From Paragordius varius (Eukaryota > Animalia > Nematomorpha), in the NCBI GenBank assembly GCA_964247055.1, contig OZ176055.1, positions 1,116,001-1,180,000 of the forward strand: a stretch of DNA of 64,000 nucleotides, written 5' to 3'. The stretch's first letter is position 1. Each line of letters starts with the position of its first letter. Below, in pieces: positions 35,892 to 47,965 of this stretch. Both the position numbers and the translations under genes were made by a program. Below the pieces are notes generated by a model that made no database searches, was not told the origin of the DNA, and worked only from the letters and a program-made list of their open reading frames with translations.

Positions 35892-36997
35892 GCAAAAGCC
35901 TCTTGGTAAACAACATATAAGGCGATTATTGTATAATCAATACTTTGCAAATGGTAATTATTTTTATATATCAAACATATATGGTAATTTGATTTTTTTA
36001 TTTTTATAGCGAAACAATATCTTATATAAGGTAAAAAGGCAGTTTGAGTGTTATAAAATAAATCAAAATCAAATTTAGACGAAACATAAATCATAAATAA
36101 ATAAACGATATATTTTTGTAAGGTTTATCAGCTGGTCTCAGAAGTAGGGAGAACCCAAGTAAATAAATAAAATTATAAAATTGTGAAAAAAATGGTTTAT
36201 TAACACTTTAGTTTTTTTTGATAAATATAAAATATATTTTTGCACCTCACAATACATATCTCAATTATTAATACCTTACCTATCTATATTCATTTTAACA
36301 AGGTATTTTTTGATGAAATATTTATATATATATATATTTAAAAATGATACACAAAATTAACAATTAATATATCCTCTTAAATGATGATGATGATTAATAA
36401 ATATATAATCTTGAATAATTACTTATTTATATTGATAGTTAAATTTTATTGTGTGTGTGCAATTTATAAAATCACTTGAAAAAGAAAGGTGTTTTTTTCA
36501 ATAACTCACCTAAAAACAATACAAATCTTGTACAATAAAAACATTTTTAATGGAAAAAAAATAGTTTCATTTTTTTATTTTATTAGACTGTTAGGGGTTT
36601 AACCATAAAATGGTGGATATTATTTTTATTTACAAGGAAATTTTGTGAAAAAAAACTTTTTAATTTTCTGTTTGTGTTTAGGTGTTGTTGTTTTTACAAC
36701 ATTTTTTTTATCATTTCCACGTGTCAAATGACTTTGGTATAATATTATAAATATAACGCTTTGAAAATTCATAAATTATTGCAGTCAAGATATAATGCAA
36801 TATGATAGAATATCTTATAGCAAAGCCAATGTTTCCGGTAATCTAAACTTAATTGTTATTACCAATTATATGATTGGAACGAAACCCAACCAAGAACGCA
36901 GTAAGATTAATGCCCATGACTATATATTAATTTTAAAGAGTTCGGTTTTATTAGCAAATTAAAATTTAGACAATGAGCGGGCAGTTCTGTCTTTTAC

Positions 36998-38042
36998 CCA
37001 GGTGTAGTCATAAGTGTAAAAAGGGGAATAAATTAATTATTTTTGTCCAACGTCTACACATCTCGTCCATCCCTCAGGTAATATATAATTGTCATGCCAA
37101 AAAAACTCATTTGCGAAAAACCATTATACAGCCATTTTATCCTAAAATTCTCCATTGATGCCAAAGGGTAATAGTCAGATGTCGCATCAAGAAAATCTTA
37201 GAAGCGATAACGGTCTCTTTGACTTTGCTGTTTATGATGGAGCATTGTATCAAAATTATTCATCACTTCTGGGCCATTTCGGCCGTTTTTCGATCTATAC
37301 ACGATTAAAATTAATGGTTTTACTGAGCTGCAAAGGTTTATGATCCACAATACCGCTTTCTGGTTCCGTCAAACACCCAATATATTTCCTGAAGAGGTGA
37401 TTTAACACTGTTGATGGGCCGGCTTTGCGAGGTAATTTTTTCTGCATTGGATAGATTTAAAAATAATGCCCTTCCTCATCTCCCCCTTCATTCGATGCAA
37501 GAGTTTCCTTTCGTGAGTTTTAAGCAGGATTTCCAAGTCTCTTTGTGACTTTAGATTCGTTCATTAAAAATATGTGGAACTTATTTACCAAACGTAGTAT
37601 TGATTTCCCACTCGTATATGCTTACTGATTACTTATTGTGATACACGTATCACTTCGGTAGTTTGAGTTGGGTCATGATCCAATAAACTTGGCACTTTGT
37701 GGTCCTGACAGTTGTGTAGCCTAGAGAACCCATTCTTTTTACATTCTAATCCTATCTTTACTTTCGAAACCACGTTTCACATGTTTTGATCTATGAAATA
37801 TATCTATCACCATATGTTTCTATAAGCAAAACTTTCAGTTCTTTTTTATTGGCATTGATGTATTTTTAGGCACAATATTCGACATAATTAGTAAAGGATG
37901 AATGTAAAACGCTAGTTTTTGGCAGACTAAATTCTGTGTGATTGTCGTTTAGTGATGAAATGGGGTTTGTATTAGATTTATCGGTTCCGCACTTTTCGCT
38001 GACGTCTTCGCTTAGTTAAATTGGTATTATAATTACACCTGG
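36998..38042 (-). mobile_element. Degenerate mariner (Mos1-like) transposon with pseudogenised transposase (~37038-37885)
   Basis: TIR ends CCAGGTGTA (36998) and TACACCTGG|TA (38042). Minus-strand remnants across frameshifts: MSNIVPK, LIETYGD..S.IKTCETWFR, LLDHDPTQT, GK*VPHIFNER, EILLK...LLHR, ESGIVDH, IEKRP, YNAPS*TAK, SDYYPLASM, LPEGWTRCV. These are collinear with the recalled Mos1 transposase motifs (WVPHEL, HDNAPSH, SDYHLFASM, LPERWEKCV). Confidence 0.85.
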
Positions 38043-39055
38043 TAGTTTAATTATGTGTCAAGAAAACATTTTTAAAACAAAATGGATTCAAAAATGGCCG
38101 CAAAAAACAAAAACACTTTTATCTAAAAAGCCATGATAAATCATAACTTTTATGCAATAATATATGGTTACTTAGATAAATATTTACTGCCTCAGTATTT
38201 ATTCATAATTATGAATAATTTTATATAAAAAATGAAATTATACAGAGAAAACGTATATATCTAATTCAAATATTAAAAAACCATGCTTTATTGAATATTT
38301 AAATTTCCTAACTAAACATAACACAGTACGGGGAGTATAATATATATATATATAGCTATAAAATATAATTTAATAGAAATATAGGTTAATTATAGTGCTT
38401 TTGGTTTTGTTACGAATGAAGGACACTACTTTTATGAATCGCAAAATGTGCGCCCATTTTGTTAAATAATTTTTTAAAGTGCATAAATGTTTTATTTTAA
38501 AAAATAAATAAAAAGCAACATAACTAATGTTTAGATGTGGGAAGACATAAATTTTTGGAGAGCTTTAAATTGGGCAAATTTTTTTAAAGCAACTCAAAAA
38601 AGCTAAAATGCGATCAAACTATTTATACATGCTATCAAAAATGTTTTCTAAAACATTTTTGATATTTTCCCCAAAATTTTAATTATTCACGTGTAACTAT
38701 AAGTCAATACTGGTCAAATAAGAGAAGACATAAGCAGATCCGTAGCGATAAATTTGTCACAAACGCCATTTTGTTTATCTATTAAACGACAAACACGCAC
38801 ATGTTAAGTCTAGCGTATTTTATTTATCAGTAATCATGTCAAATTTTATGCCTGAAAAAAAAATTTGCTGCAGCACTGATATCATCGTTATGACGAACAT
38901 ATTCCTAAGATTAAAATATGTAAAACATGATTTCAATTTAAAATTTTTGATTACAATGCGAAAAAAATTCGGTGGCTGGTAGATTATAGCTGCGACAACA
39001 ATGAGAGTTATCGAATTATGACCCAACCTAAACTTAACGCCTGTCAACAGAACTA

Positions 39056-40222
39056 TACACAGCGTCCACAAAAAAGTAACCTTATAAAATATAAATTCTG
39101 AAGAGAAAATGTATCAGAATTATCTTGGTGTTTTCGGTTTCGGCCCTTATAAGATATTTGTGATGAGTGCTCCATACCAGAAAATGGCGAAATTTCCGCA
39201 CATTTCGAATTAATTTTTTGTAAAAGCTAGAGGCTTCATTCCAAAAATATCACTAACGTTCGTCTTATTTTTGTTAATATGTTTTTTACAAAATTGCACC
39301 AATATTTAGTCCAAAAACGAACATTTAAATTAAGATTCTGAAGTATAAAAATGTTCAACATTATCCAATTATATGTAAAATGTTTTTTTATGTTAAAGCG
39401 TTTTTAAACCGTTTACATCATGCCTAAAAATAGTGTGAAGTAAACTTCAGGAAAAATTTGCTAAAATCAATCTTTGAAATATGTGTGCCTTTTTTAAAAA
39501 CTGTTTTTGGTCGATATCAAAATTTAGCATATATTAAAAATAGCGTAATCCCAGCATTAGAGGATAGCCCATTTTACTAAAGCAAAAAATTTGAAACTTT
39601 CGGAGCCCATATCTAAAAATTAAAATTTTTTGAAAACATAACATTTAAAAATTTTACCCTTGAACAATTCAAATTCACCCTTAAAATAAATATATGTATT
39701 TTCGGGCTATAAAACTCACCATTATTTATAAATATACTCTTATGACATAGTTTATTATTTTTTCAGTATTACATTAAGTTTAAACGTATTTTTATTTTTA
39801 AAAATATAAAAAAAAAATATAGATAATTTTAATCTTAAAAACATACGATTTGAATTAGGGTGAATCTAAAGGATTCGAAGGTGAAATTGTTCGAGGGTGA
39901 ATTGAATTGTTCAAGGGTGTAGTTAATTTGTGTAAGGGTGTATTTGAAATGTTAAAGGAGGATTCGAACTCTAAATGGTATATCGTGTCTTTTATAGGCA
40001 GTTTATGATGTATTAATGGAGTCTCTAAACTTTCACCAAAAAATTTTTTTAAAAAAAATTTGCAGAAATTTCGCCATTTTTTAATACATTTACCACAAAG
40101 TACATAATTTTCTTAAATTACCTGTTAGGGCCAAAACCAAAGGCATCTTGATTATCCTGAGACATTTTCCTATCAGAATATATATATTTTCGTCAGGGTA
40201 CCCTTGATTTTGGGCAAGTGTG
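39056..40222. mobile_element. Family-E non-autonomous TIR element (~1.2 kb) containing a Family-A MITE (~39655-39980)
   Basis: Left end TA|CACAGCGTCCACAAAAAAG. Long degenerate TIR (GTATCAGAATTATCTTGGTG...GCTCCATACCAGAAAATGGCGAAATTT) mirrored at ~40060-40222. Homologous to the ends of 58256-61067. Confidence 0.6.
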
Positions 40223-40751
40223 AATTATAAAAAAAATCAGTAGATCGATAAATAGGGGCCAATAAACTCGGTAAGAAGTTTCCACGCAATATGTATGAAC
40301 CTTAAATTGAAATTCATTTACTCATTGAAGATATCACTTTTGCATCGTGATTAGAAATAACGTTATTTTTAAATGCAAATCGAAAAAAATTGTGACTTTC
40401 TCCTTGCCAAGCCGGTCAATCAACAAGACCATGCTCAATATCTTAAGAAGTTTAAAGCCCTCTGAAACCGTTAAAACACAATCTTATCAAAAAATGATTA
40501 TTTTAAACCAGGGGTTCCTAACACAAATGGATTCGCGGGCTGCATTCAAAAAATATATGGCCATAATAAAATATTTTATTAGATTTTAAACATAAGTTTG
40601 TAAAAACTACCATTTAATTTAAGTATTTTTTCTGGTTAATTGCCAAAACTAAGGAAGTTTAGAAAATTTGTTTTGTAAAACTATTTTAGTTAGATTTATA
40701 GCATTGTGTTTAAAATTCTCGGGGCAGCGACCACGTATTGGACATGCTTTG

Positions 40752-41400
40752 TAGGGCTTCCTTAACTATGAGTCGCGACTCCATTTGGGGTCGCGTAACA
40801 AAATTATGGGCTCACGAGTGATAAAAATACAATTAGCAAAAAATGTTTTTTAACTTGTAAATTATTGTTACAGAAAAATAACAATCATCGTAGATATATT
40901 TATCATAAAATCTTCTGGTTCAAAAAAACAGTTTATACCAGCGTTTCTATTCCGATCATTATAATATCTTGTATAAATTTACTAAGAATCAGAAGATGTT
41001 ATGAAATTTATAAAAAAATATAGATTTGTCCAGCAATTTCAAACATTACACCAAGATTTGATTAGTTATGCAATAAAAAACAGGCACATCCATCAAATTT
41101 TTACGTGAACTTTAATTTAATATTTACCACACAACTACTGGATTTCGAGAGAATAGTCAGAATCCACTTTTGTTTTTAAAACTATAATACATACATTACG
41201 GGTCATAATACATAACTAAGTGATTGTACATGACAATGTCTCGCCTCCCACAAAACCCGTTAGAAATTTAAATATCGTTCGATAGAAAATTATTCTGCAT
41301 CTGCTGTACTCTCTTGACTTGTCACCACCTGAACATTTTGTCTTCTCATCGAGGGTCACGCACTCACATAGCAGCTACTTAATAATTTCTAAGACGTTAA
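40752..41400 (+). mobile_element. hAT (Buster/Charlie-like) deletion derivative with transposase C-terminal remnant
   Basis: 5' end TAGGGCTTCCTTAACTATGAGTCGCGACTCCATTTGGGGTCGCG resembles hAT MITE ends. 41033-41094 translates AISNITPRFD*LCNKKQAHPS, typical of the extreme C-terminus of Buster/Charlie transposases. The right boundary is uncertain. A related short hAT-like remnant is at ~40509-40751. Confidence 0.55.
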
Positions 41401-44400
41401 TGGCTTGGCTGATAGTTAGCTTTAAATCAGTTTTTCTGAAATGGCATTCATATTTAGCCTTAAAGATGGGTGAATTAAAAAAATTTGATTGACAATATAT
41501 TAAATAAAATCAAAAATTGATTTCCCTTAAGATTACATGCCAAAAATCCGGTAAATATCACACCTGTTACAGCAAAATTTTGTTGTAGTGAGTTTTAAGG
41601 TCTTTTGAATAATGATCATATCCAAATTAAAATAATATAAAACACTTTTTCACATAATTGATCATGTTGAAATACAACTTCTTACTTGGATTAAAAGATT
41701 CATTTCTTTTCAAACTTAATCTATATCGATTGTGGTTTCCCTAAAAACATTTTTGTTGAATTCTAACACATTTTTAAAACTAAAATTTGAGGCATAATAT
41801 TCAGCATCCATGATTTATAGAGAAATATTTTCATTATATCATCAAATGATTTTGTACTGTTACCAATATGATTCAAAACACCGTGAAACTTAGAACAAAA
41901 TGTGTCCTAAATTAACACTTCGATTCAAATTGGGGTATCTAAATACTCCAGACTAATTTTAAACTAAAATTTAAAAAAAAATACTGAAGGAAACGGTCCC
42001 AATTTAAATTTATGCTTCTATCCCGATAAATATTATATAAATATGCCAAAATATCTTGATAAAATTTTGTTTTGAAAAAAAAGTTCCATCTCAAACTACT
42101 TCGACGCCATTTTTATTTTACAAAAATTTTGCAAATATCGTCTTCTCAATTTTAAGGGTAAAATTAAAGCTAATTTTTTATTTAAATTACATCTAAAATT
42201 GATAGAAATAGAAACAGCGGTTTATTTTGTATTATTTTTTAATTTTACAATTTGACAGATGTCACGTTGACTAAATTTTTACCTTTCAGTTTTAGCTCAA
42301 AATAAGTAATACATGTATTAATAGAATTTTTTATATATTTCGGTTTATTAATGTTATATAAGTGCAAAATTTTGCCATGGTTTTGATTGCTTCCATACTT
42401 TTTAAACTATTTGATTTTAAACGGGCCTCGGGTATCCAACTACCCCAATTTGAATCGAAGGACTAAAATGAGTGTGTTGCATCCAAGTGTTAAATTTTTA
42501 GGCCAAATATCCATTTTTTGTGTAAAAACTTTTTATGATATTATAATTTAGCATATAATAGAAAGTCATATTATCCAATCTCGGCTTTAACGTTTATCAT
42601 AAAAAAATATCCCATTTTAAACGGGTCAAAAATTACTCGGAGTTATCATGCTTTTTATATATAGATGATATTTTATCGATATTTTTGGGAATATATCATA
42701 TAGATGCCAATAACTGATAAGGAACGGTTAAAGAATTGATTTCATACATTATTCATTTAGCGTAATACTAAAAGCCCACAGTATCCTGATACATATTTCT
42801 ATCAAAAATATATATTTTATCAAGATTTTTTGTGTACTATGTGTATAAAAATACAATATTCAATATAATCTAACTTTTTTCAACCCAAAACAATAGGTGA
42901 TATTAAAGCAATCAAGGTTTAAGAAATAAGTTGGCCTTTTGTATTATTTTTATATTTGACAAAGATTACTTGTAGTAACCGAAGTTTAAATTATATTCAA
43001 TCATTGTTTCCGATTTTAATAATTCCAAATTATTTGCCTGAGGTTTTCATTTTGTCTGTAAATGTTTACTATGTGTTTATATAAAAATAACTTCCATATA
43101 TATTTTTACAGTGTATGCAGTTCTAGTGTGGCTTTCTATCCTTTATGTTTTTCACAACAATGGAAAATAAAGGGCACATCAAGCCTATGCACCAGACGCC
43201 ACTAAGGCACGGCCTACCTTTGGAATAAATTAATAATTTAAAATTTGACTTAAATTTTAAAATTTTACCAATAAAAATAATATTGCGATGTTAATTATAA
43301 CTTTTTATTTATTTATCTAAATAATATAGTGTCATAAAGATAAATATAGTCTTTGTATTTCTTGTAGTGGAAAACTGCATAAAACACTCTGAATAATGGT
43401 TTAGCCCAGTGTAAATCTTTTGTTGATGTTTATTATGTGAGCACTAAATATAACGTAAAAAGCAAGAGACTGTGTGATTAAAGTTTCATTTGCAAACAGT
43501 GACCCTGACGCCATTGAAAGCAGATGAGTATTTAATTCTATTTTTTACCAATTTAAAATTGTGTCATCATATGATCTTATAAACAGCACTAAAGAATCTA
43601 AAAACATTCATATTTTGTTTACTCATATTGAACTTACTGCTTGTAAAATTGCTCTTAAACATATCTTTTATGGTATACTAGAAAAGAATCATATTCCTAA
43701 CCAGGCCCTAAAAGGGCTTTTTTGACTCTAAATTATTAATTGAATTTAAGAATAAATGTACTTATTTAGATTATAAATATCTACATATAATAACATCTAT
43801 GAAATTGATCGATATTATATGGTGCACGGCCTTTGAGACAAGATAAATATTTTTTGAGGGCTTTTAAAAATTTTGGGGATTACCACTGGTATAAAAGCTG
43901 GTTTAATAGTGTAAAGTAGATGTAATCTTTAATTGCATTTTCTAATCATTTTAAATACATTAATCCGGACTTTTCTGATTTAATTTATATATGAATTGTT
44001 TTTGTTTTGGGGTAAAATTTGTGCATAAATATACTGTTATGCAACTTTTTTGAAAATTGATCCTCTAAGTTTTTAAACAATTATATAATCTATTTAAATG
44101 GGAATTTCAATAATATGAAATCATTCGAATCTATATTTTATATGCTTCAATTTTAAGAATCATTTCGAAACCGATTTATATTCAATCTTATTCACAATGC
44201 ATAAATGTAAACAGCTACATCCAATAATAAGTTCCACTATTATATCGAGAAAATAAATGGACGTTGAAATTTTAATTTCACTTTATCAACATGTTTTTTT
44301 TATCAAAATTAACTTAAAACCAACTTTGACATAATAATTAAACGGTGCTACATAACAAATAATAAAATCGATTCTATTTTAATATGTTAACATGGTCTAG

Positions 44401-44626
44401 TCCAAAAATTTATTACAATTTGAGAAAGTGGCTATAATATCACGAAAACTGCAAAGATATATATTTTAAGAGTTCATTAAGCATTTAAAAGATAAAATTT
44501 CAGTGTTACATATATAGCACGAAAAACTATAGAAAACAAACAAATCTAAAATAGTTTGATGTTTTTTTCAAGGTTCGCCTATCAATTCTTTGGGTAATCA
44601 GAAAATATTGACTGAAAGACTAATGA

Positions 44627-44662
<36 letters not shown>

Positions 44663-44756
44663 AGGCCGAAATTTCGTATTATAATGTTGACTTTGATTTG
44701 ACATACTAAAACTTTGGATATATAGATTTTCAAAAAGCTGTTAAGATCACAAATAT

Positions 44757-44990
44757 GATTAATCATTATTGACATAATATAATTGAGATGTCGACCTACT
44801 ATAATTTGATAAATTCTAAATTTAAAATATTATACTTGAAATGAGAACTAGTTGCAAAAATAAAAAAAATGAATTTATTTAACTTTATAAATCTGTTTCA
44901 AAATAAAAAATTATGATTAATCATTATTGACATAATATAAATTAGACGACGACCTGCTATAAATTGAAAATTCTATATTTAGAATATTAC
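44757..44990. repeat. Direct duplication (~157-bp period)
   Basis: TGATTAATCATTATTGACATAATATAA(T/A)T.AGA.G.CGACCT.CTATAA occurs at ~44757 and ~44914. Confidence 0.7.
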
Positions 44991-45079
44991 AATAAACTGG
45001 CGTTGTTTTTTTTGTCATAAAATGTTTGGTTAATTATTAGTTTTAAATATTTATACAACCAAAGTATATATAATATAAA

Positions 45080-46287
45080 CTAGCGTGAATCTCGTGCTGC
45101 TACGCAGCCCGAGGAAGTCCTTCGGACTTCTGGGGGGGGGGAGGGTTCGAAGTTTGGATTTGAATGGGTCTACCGGTTTTCCTGTACCAGATCACAAAGC
45201 CAGCATTTTCCATTTTTATAAATATATAGATTACCATAAATAATGTATTAATATCCATATATCTTTTAACATGCTATACATATGATAGATACTCCTTACT
45301 CAGCATCTATCATAAAAGAAACGCTTGACTAAAATTTTTGCCTTTTAACAGGCAATATGAAAAATCTTTCTCGAATTTTTACAGTCTCATACCGTGGGCA
45401 AAATAATACAATCAAAAAAATATTTTTGTGGACTTTGTTTTTTTTAAAAAAAAATGGCATTTTACGGGGGTAGCGGGTAAAAAGAGGGCCTAAATCAAAA
45501 AAGTGACTCGACTATGTTCAGCGCGATCAAAAATAAGTAAACAAAATTCATATTTGAAATTGAATGGTCCAACACGTTCTCCAAAAAATTGACTTAACCC
45601 ATTTTTCACACGGGGTGGGCCCAAACTGGGCACCTAATTCCAAAAAAGGGCGAAGCTATTGTCGGGGCATTCATTAATGATTATATTTTTTCGATATTTG
45701 GATTTGATTGGGTTCACCGGTTTTCCGGAAACAGATCACAAAGTTATATGAAAAATCAGTTTTTAGCGGGTAGCTCCTTACCCAGCAGCTATCATCAAAT
45801 AAACGGTGGACTAAAATTTTTGCCTTTTAACAGGGAATACGTGGAATCTTTATTGAATTTTTACGGTCTCATACCTAGGCGAAAAATCGATTTAGAAAAT
45901 TATTTTTGTGGACTTAATTTTTTAAAAAAAATGGCATTTTACGGGGGGAGCGGGTAAAAAGAGGGCCTAAATCAAAAAAGTGACTCGACTATGTTCGGCG
46001 CAATCGAAAATAAGTAAACAAAAATCATATTTGAAATTGAATGGTCCAACACGTTCTCCGTAAAATTGTCTCAAAAACACGATTTTGTGGACTTCTGTTT
46101 TCAAAAAAAACCCGTTTTTCATACGGGGTGGGCCCGAATTGGGGGCCTCTTTCAAAAAAAGGGCGAAGCTATTGTCGGGACATTTATTAATGATTATATT
46201 TTTTCGATATTTGGATTTGATTGGGTCTACCGGTTTTCCTGTACCAGATCACTAAGCCAGCATTTTCCATTTTTATAAATATATAGA
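45080..46287 (-). mobile_element. Helitron array: 151-bp mini-Helitron (45080-45230) plus a larger copy with two ~480-bp internal tandem units
   Basis: 3' end CTAG|T at 45080 with the GCTGC-GTA-GCAGC hairpin; 5' ends A|TCTATAT at 45230 and 46287. Units start at ~45290 and ~45772. High similarity to 4080-4503. Confidence 0.75.
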
Positions 46288-47965
46288 TTACTAGAGTTTT
46301 GTTGTTAAATATCACCAAATAGCATTTATTATCTAAGTTAATATGGAAAATGTGGCAAATATCTATTAAAATTACAATTAATGATGTAAGTATTTTTTTA
46401 TTTCATTTATATTTGTTAGAACACGAGATAATAATTATTAAAGAGGGTTGACTTAAAAAAATAATTATCAATATTATTATTTGAAGTTGAAATAAATTTC
46501 TATTCGAAATTCGAGCTTAAAAATATATTCACACACATAGGGTCAAATGACTTATAAGCCAACTCAAGGTGCTTATATGAATTAGCAGTCATGTGATACC
46601 AACCATCCCATTGTCATAGTATTTCTAAAAAATTTTAACAGCAAAAATGGTAACTGTATATTTTTCATGTTAATTTTTAGTCATTAAACTGATTCGTCCA
46701 AAGGCCTACCAAATATTATTTAATATTTTTGATTTATAAAAAATAATTTTTTATGATAAAGAAACTATACTCAAAATCCCATATGAAACACTCCTGATGT
46801 TAATAATTTTAACATAAACTTTAATTTATCCATATAGGGAATAATGTTGAAAATTGTGTAATATATAGGGTTGTATCATATATCACAGCCGTATTTTTGA
46901 GGTATTTAGCATATATTATAAGACAAGCGATTAAACACCAGGTTATCCTTTAAAAAATGACAGTTACACTTCATACATTGTCATGTTTTTTGTACACGAT
47001 GACATCTTGGGGTATTTTTCAACTCCAGAGAATGATCTCGTAAACAAACAATTGTTAGGAAAGTTGTTTTTCTTAAAACTTAATTATCAGACCCGTCTTT
47101 TTCTGTATTGGATAAAAGCCTATAAAATTTACATTTTATAAATTTCTGTAGGCCTAAATTCGGATGCTTTAAAATACGATTAAGCAAGCAGCTGATATTA
47201 AAATTTATTCATCAATTTGCTGGTAGAATGTTATTAAGCTTAAACTAAATCATTAAATTTTTAAACCATAATATACATTTTTTTAGGTTTATTACGAAAA
47301 CGTAAAATTTACAAGATGAAGATTTTTTCATACATTTTTTAAAAATGTGTTGAGCGCCTAAAAAGGTCAAAGAAATAATATTAACCAATACTAAAAACAT
47401 TTTTCAAGATTGAATTTCAAATGGCTCTGGAGTATAAAACTACCATAAGAGATAAAATATTAATTTTCAAGTCCCAAAAAGTAAACCTCAAATTAATTTA
47501 TGTTAATACTGTAAAAAACTGGATAAAAATTAGTCTCAACAGGTTATTTGTGATAAAAATCGTATAATAATATTGCTACTTTCATCACTTTAATTATGAA
47601 ACTTGAGTAGTTTTAAGGCTTTTGTATAACTTTGTGTTAAACACCATATTAAAGCAGGTCAAATGTTGACTTTAAATTCCGCAGCGACTAGACCTTGTCA
47701 GTAAACCTAAACTTTAATTTACTCACTGATAGAATTTGTATTTAAACAAATAAAAAAATTGAGCGACCTTGTCTTGGGTGATTAATTAAATATACTGATA
47801 TTGATACATTTTTAAGGAAAAAATTGTTAACCTTAATTACCCTTTGTAAACATTCAACTTAAACAAATAAACCCTAATAAACGTATTGTCATATATACAT
47901 ATAAAGTCGAAAAATTTTATTATAACCTATTAATTAATTTAACTAATTTCTAGACGTAAAAAACT

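Noticed and set aside
36820-36880. Three CCAAT/ATTGG motifs upstream of trunk
   Set aside because: Short motifs that are frequent by chance, and the transcription start is unknown.
36973-37343. Plus-strand ORFs of 61 and 62 aa
   Set aside because: They are antisense to the decayed mariner transposase.
41880-42510. Possible further MITE (TTCGATTCAAATTGGGGTA ... TACCCCAATTTGAATCGAA), with related bits at ~57640 and ~60810
   Set aside because: The inverted core is real, but termini and TSD could not be defined, so it is not listed as a feature.
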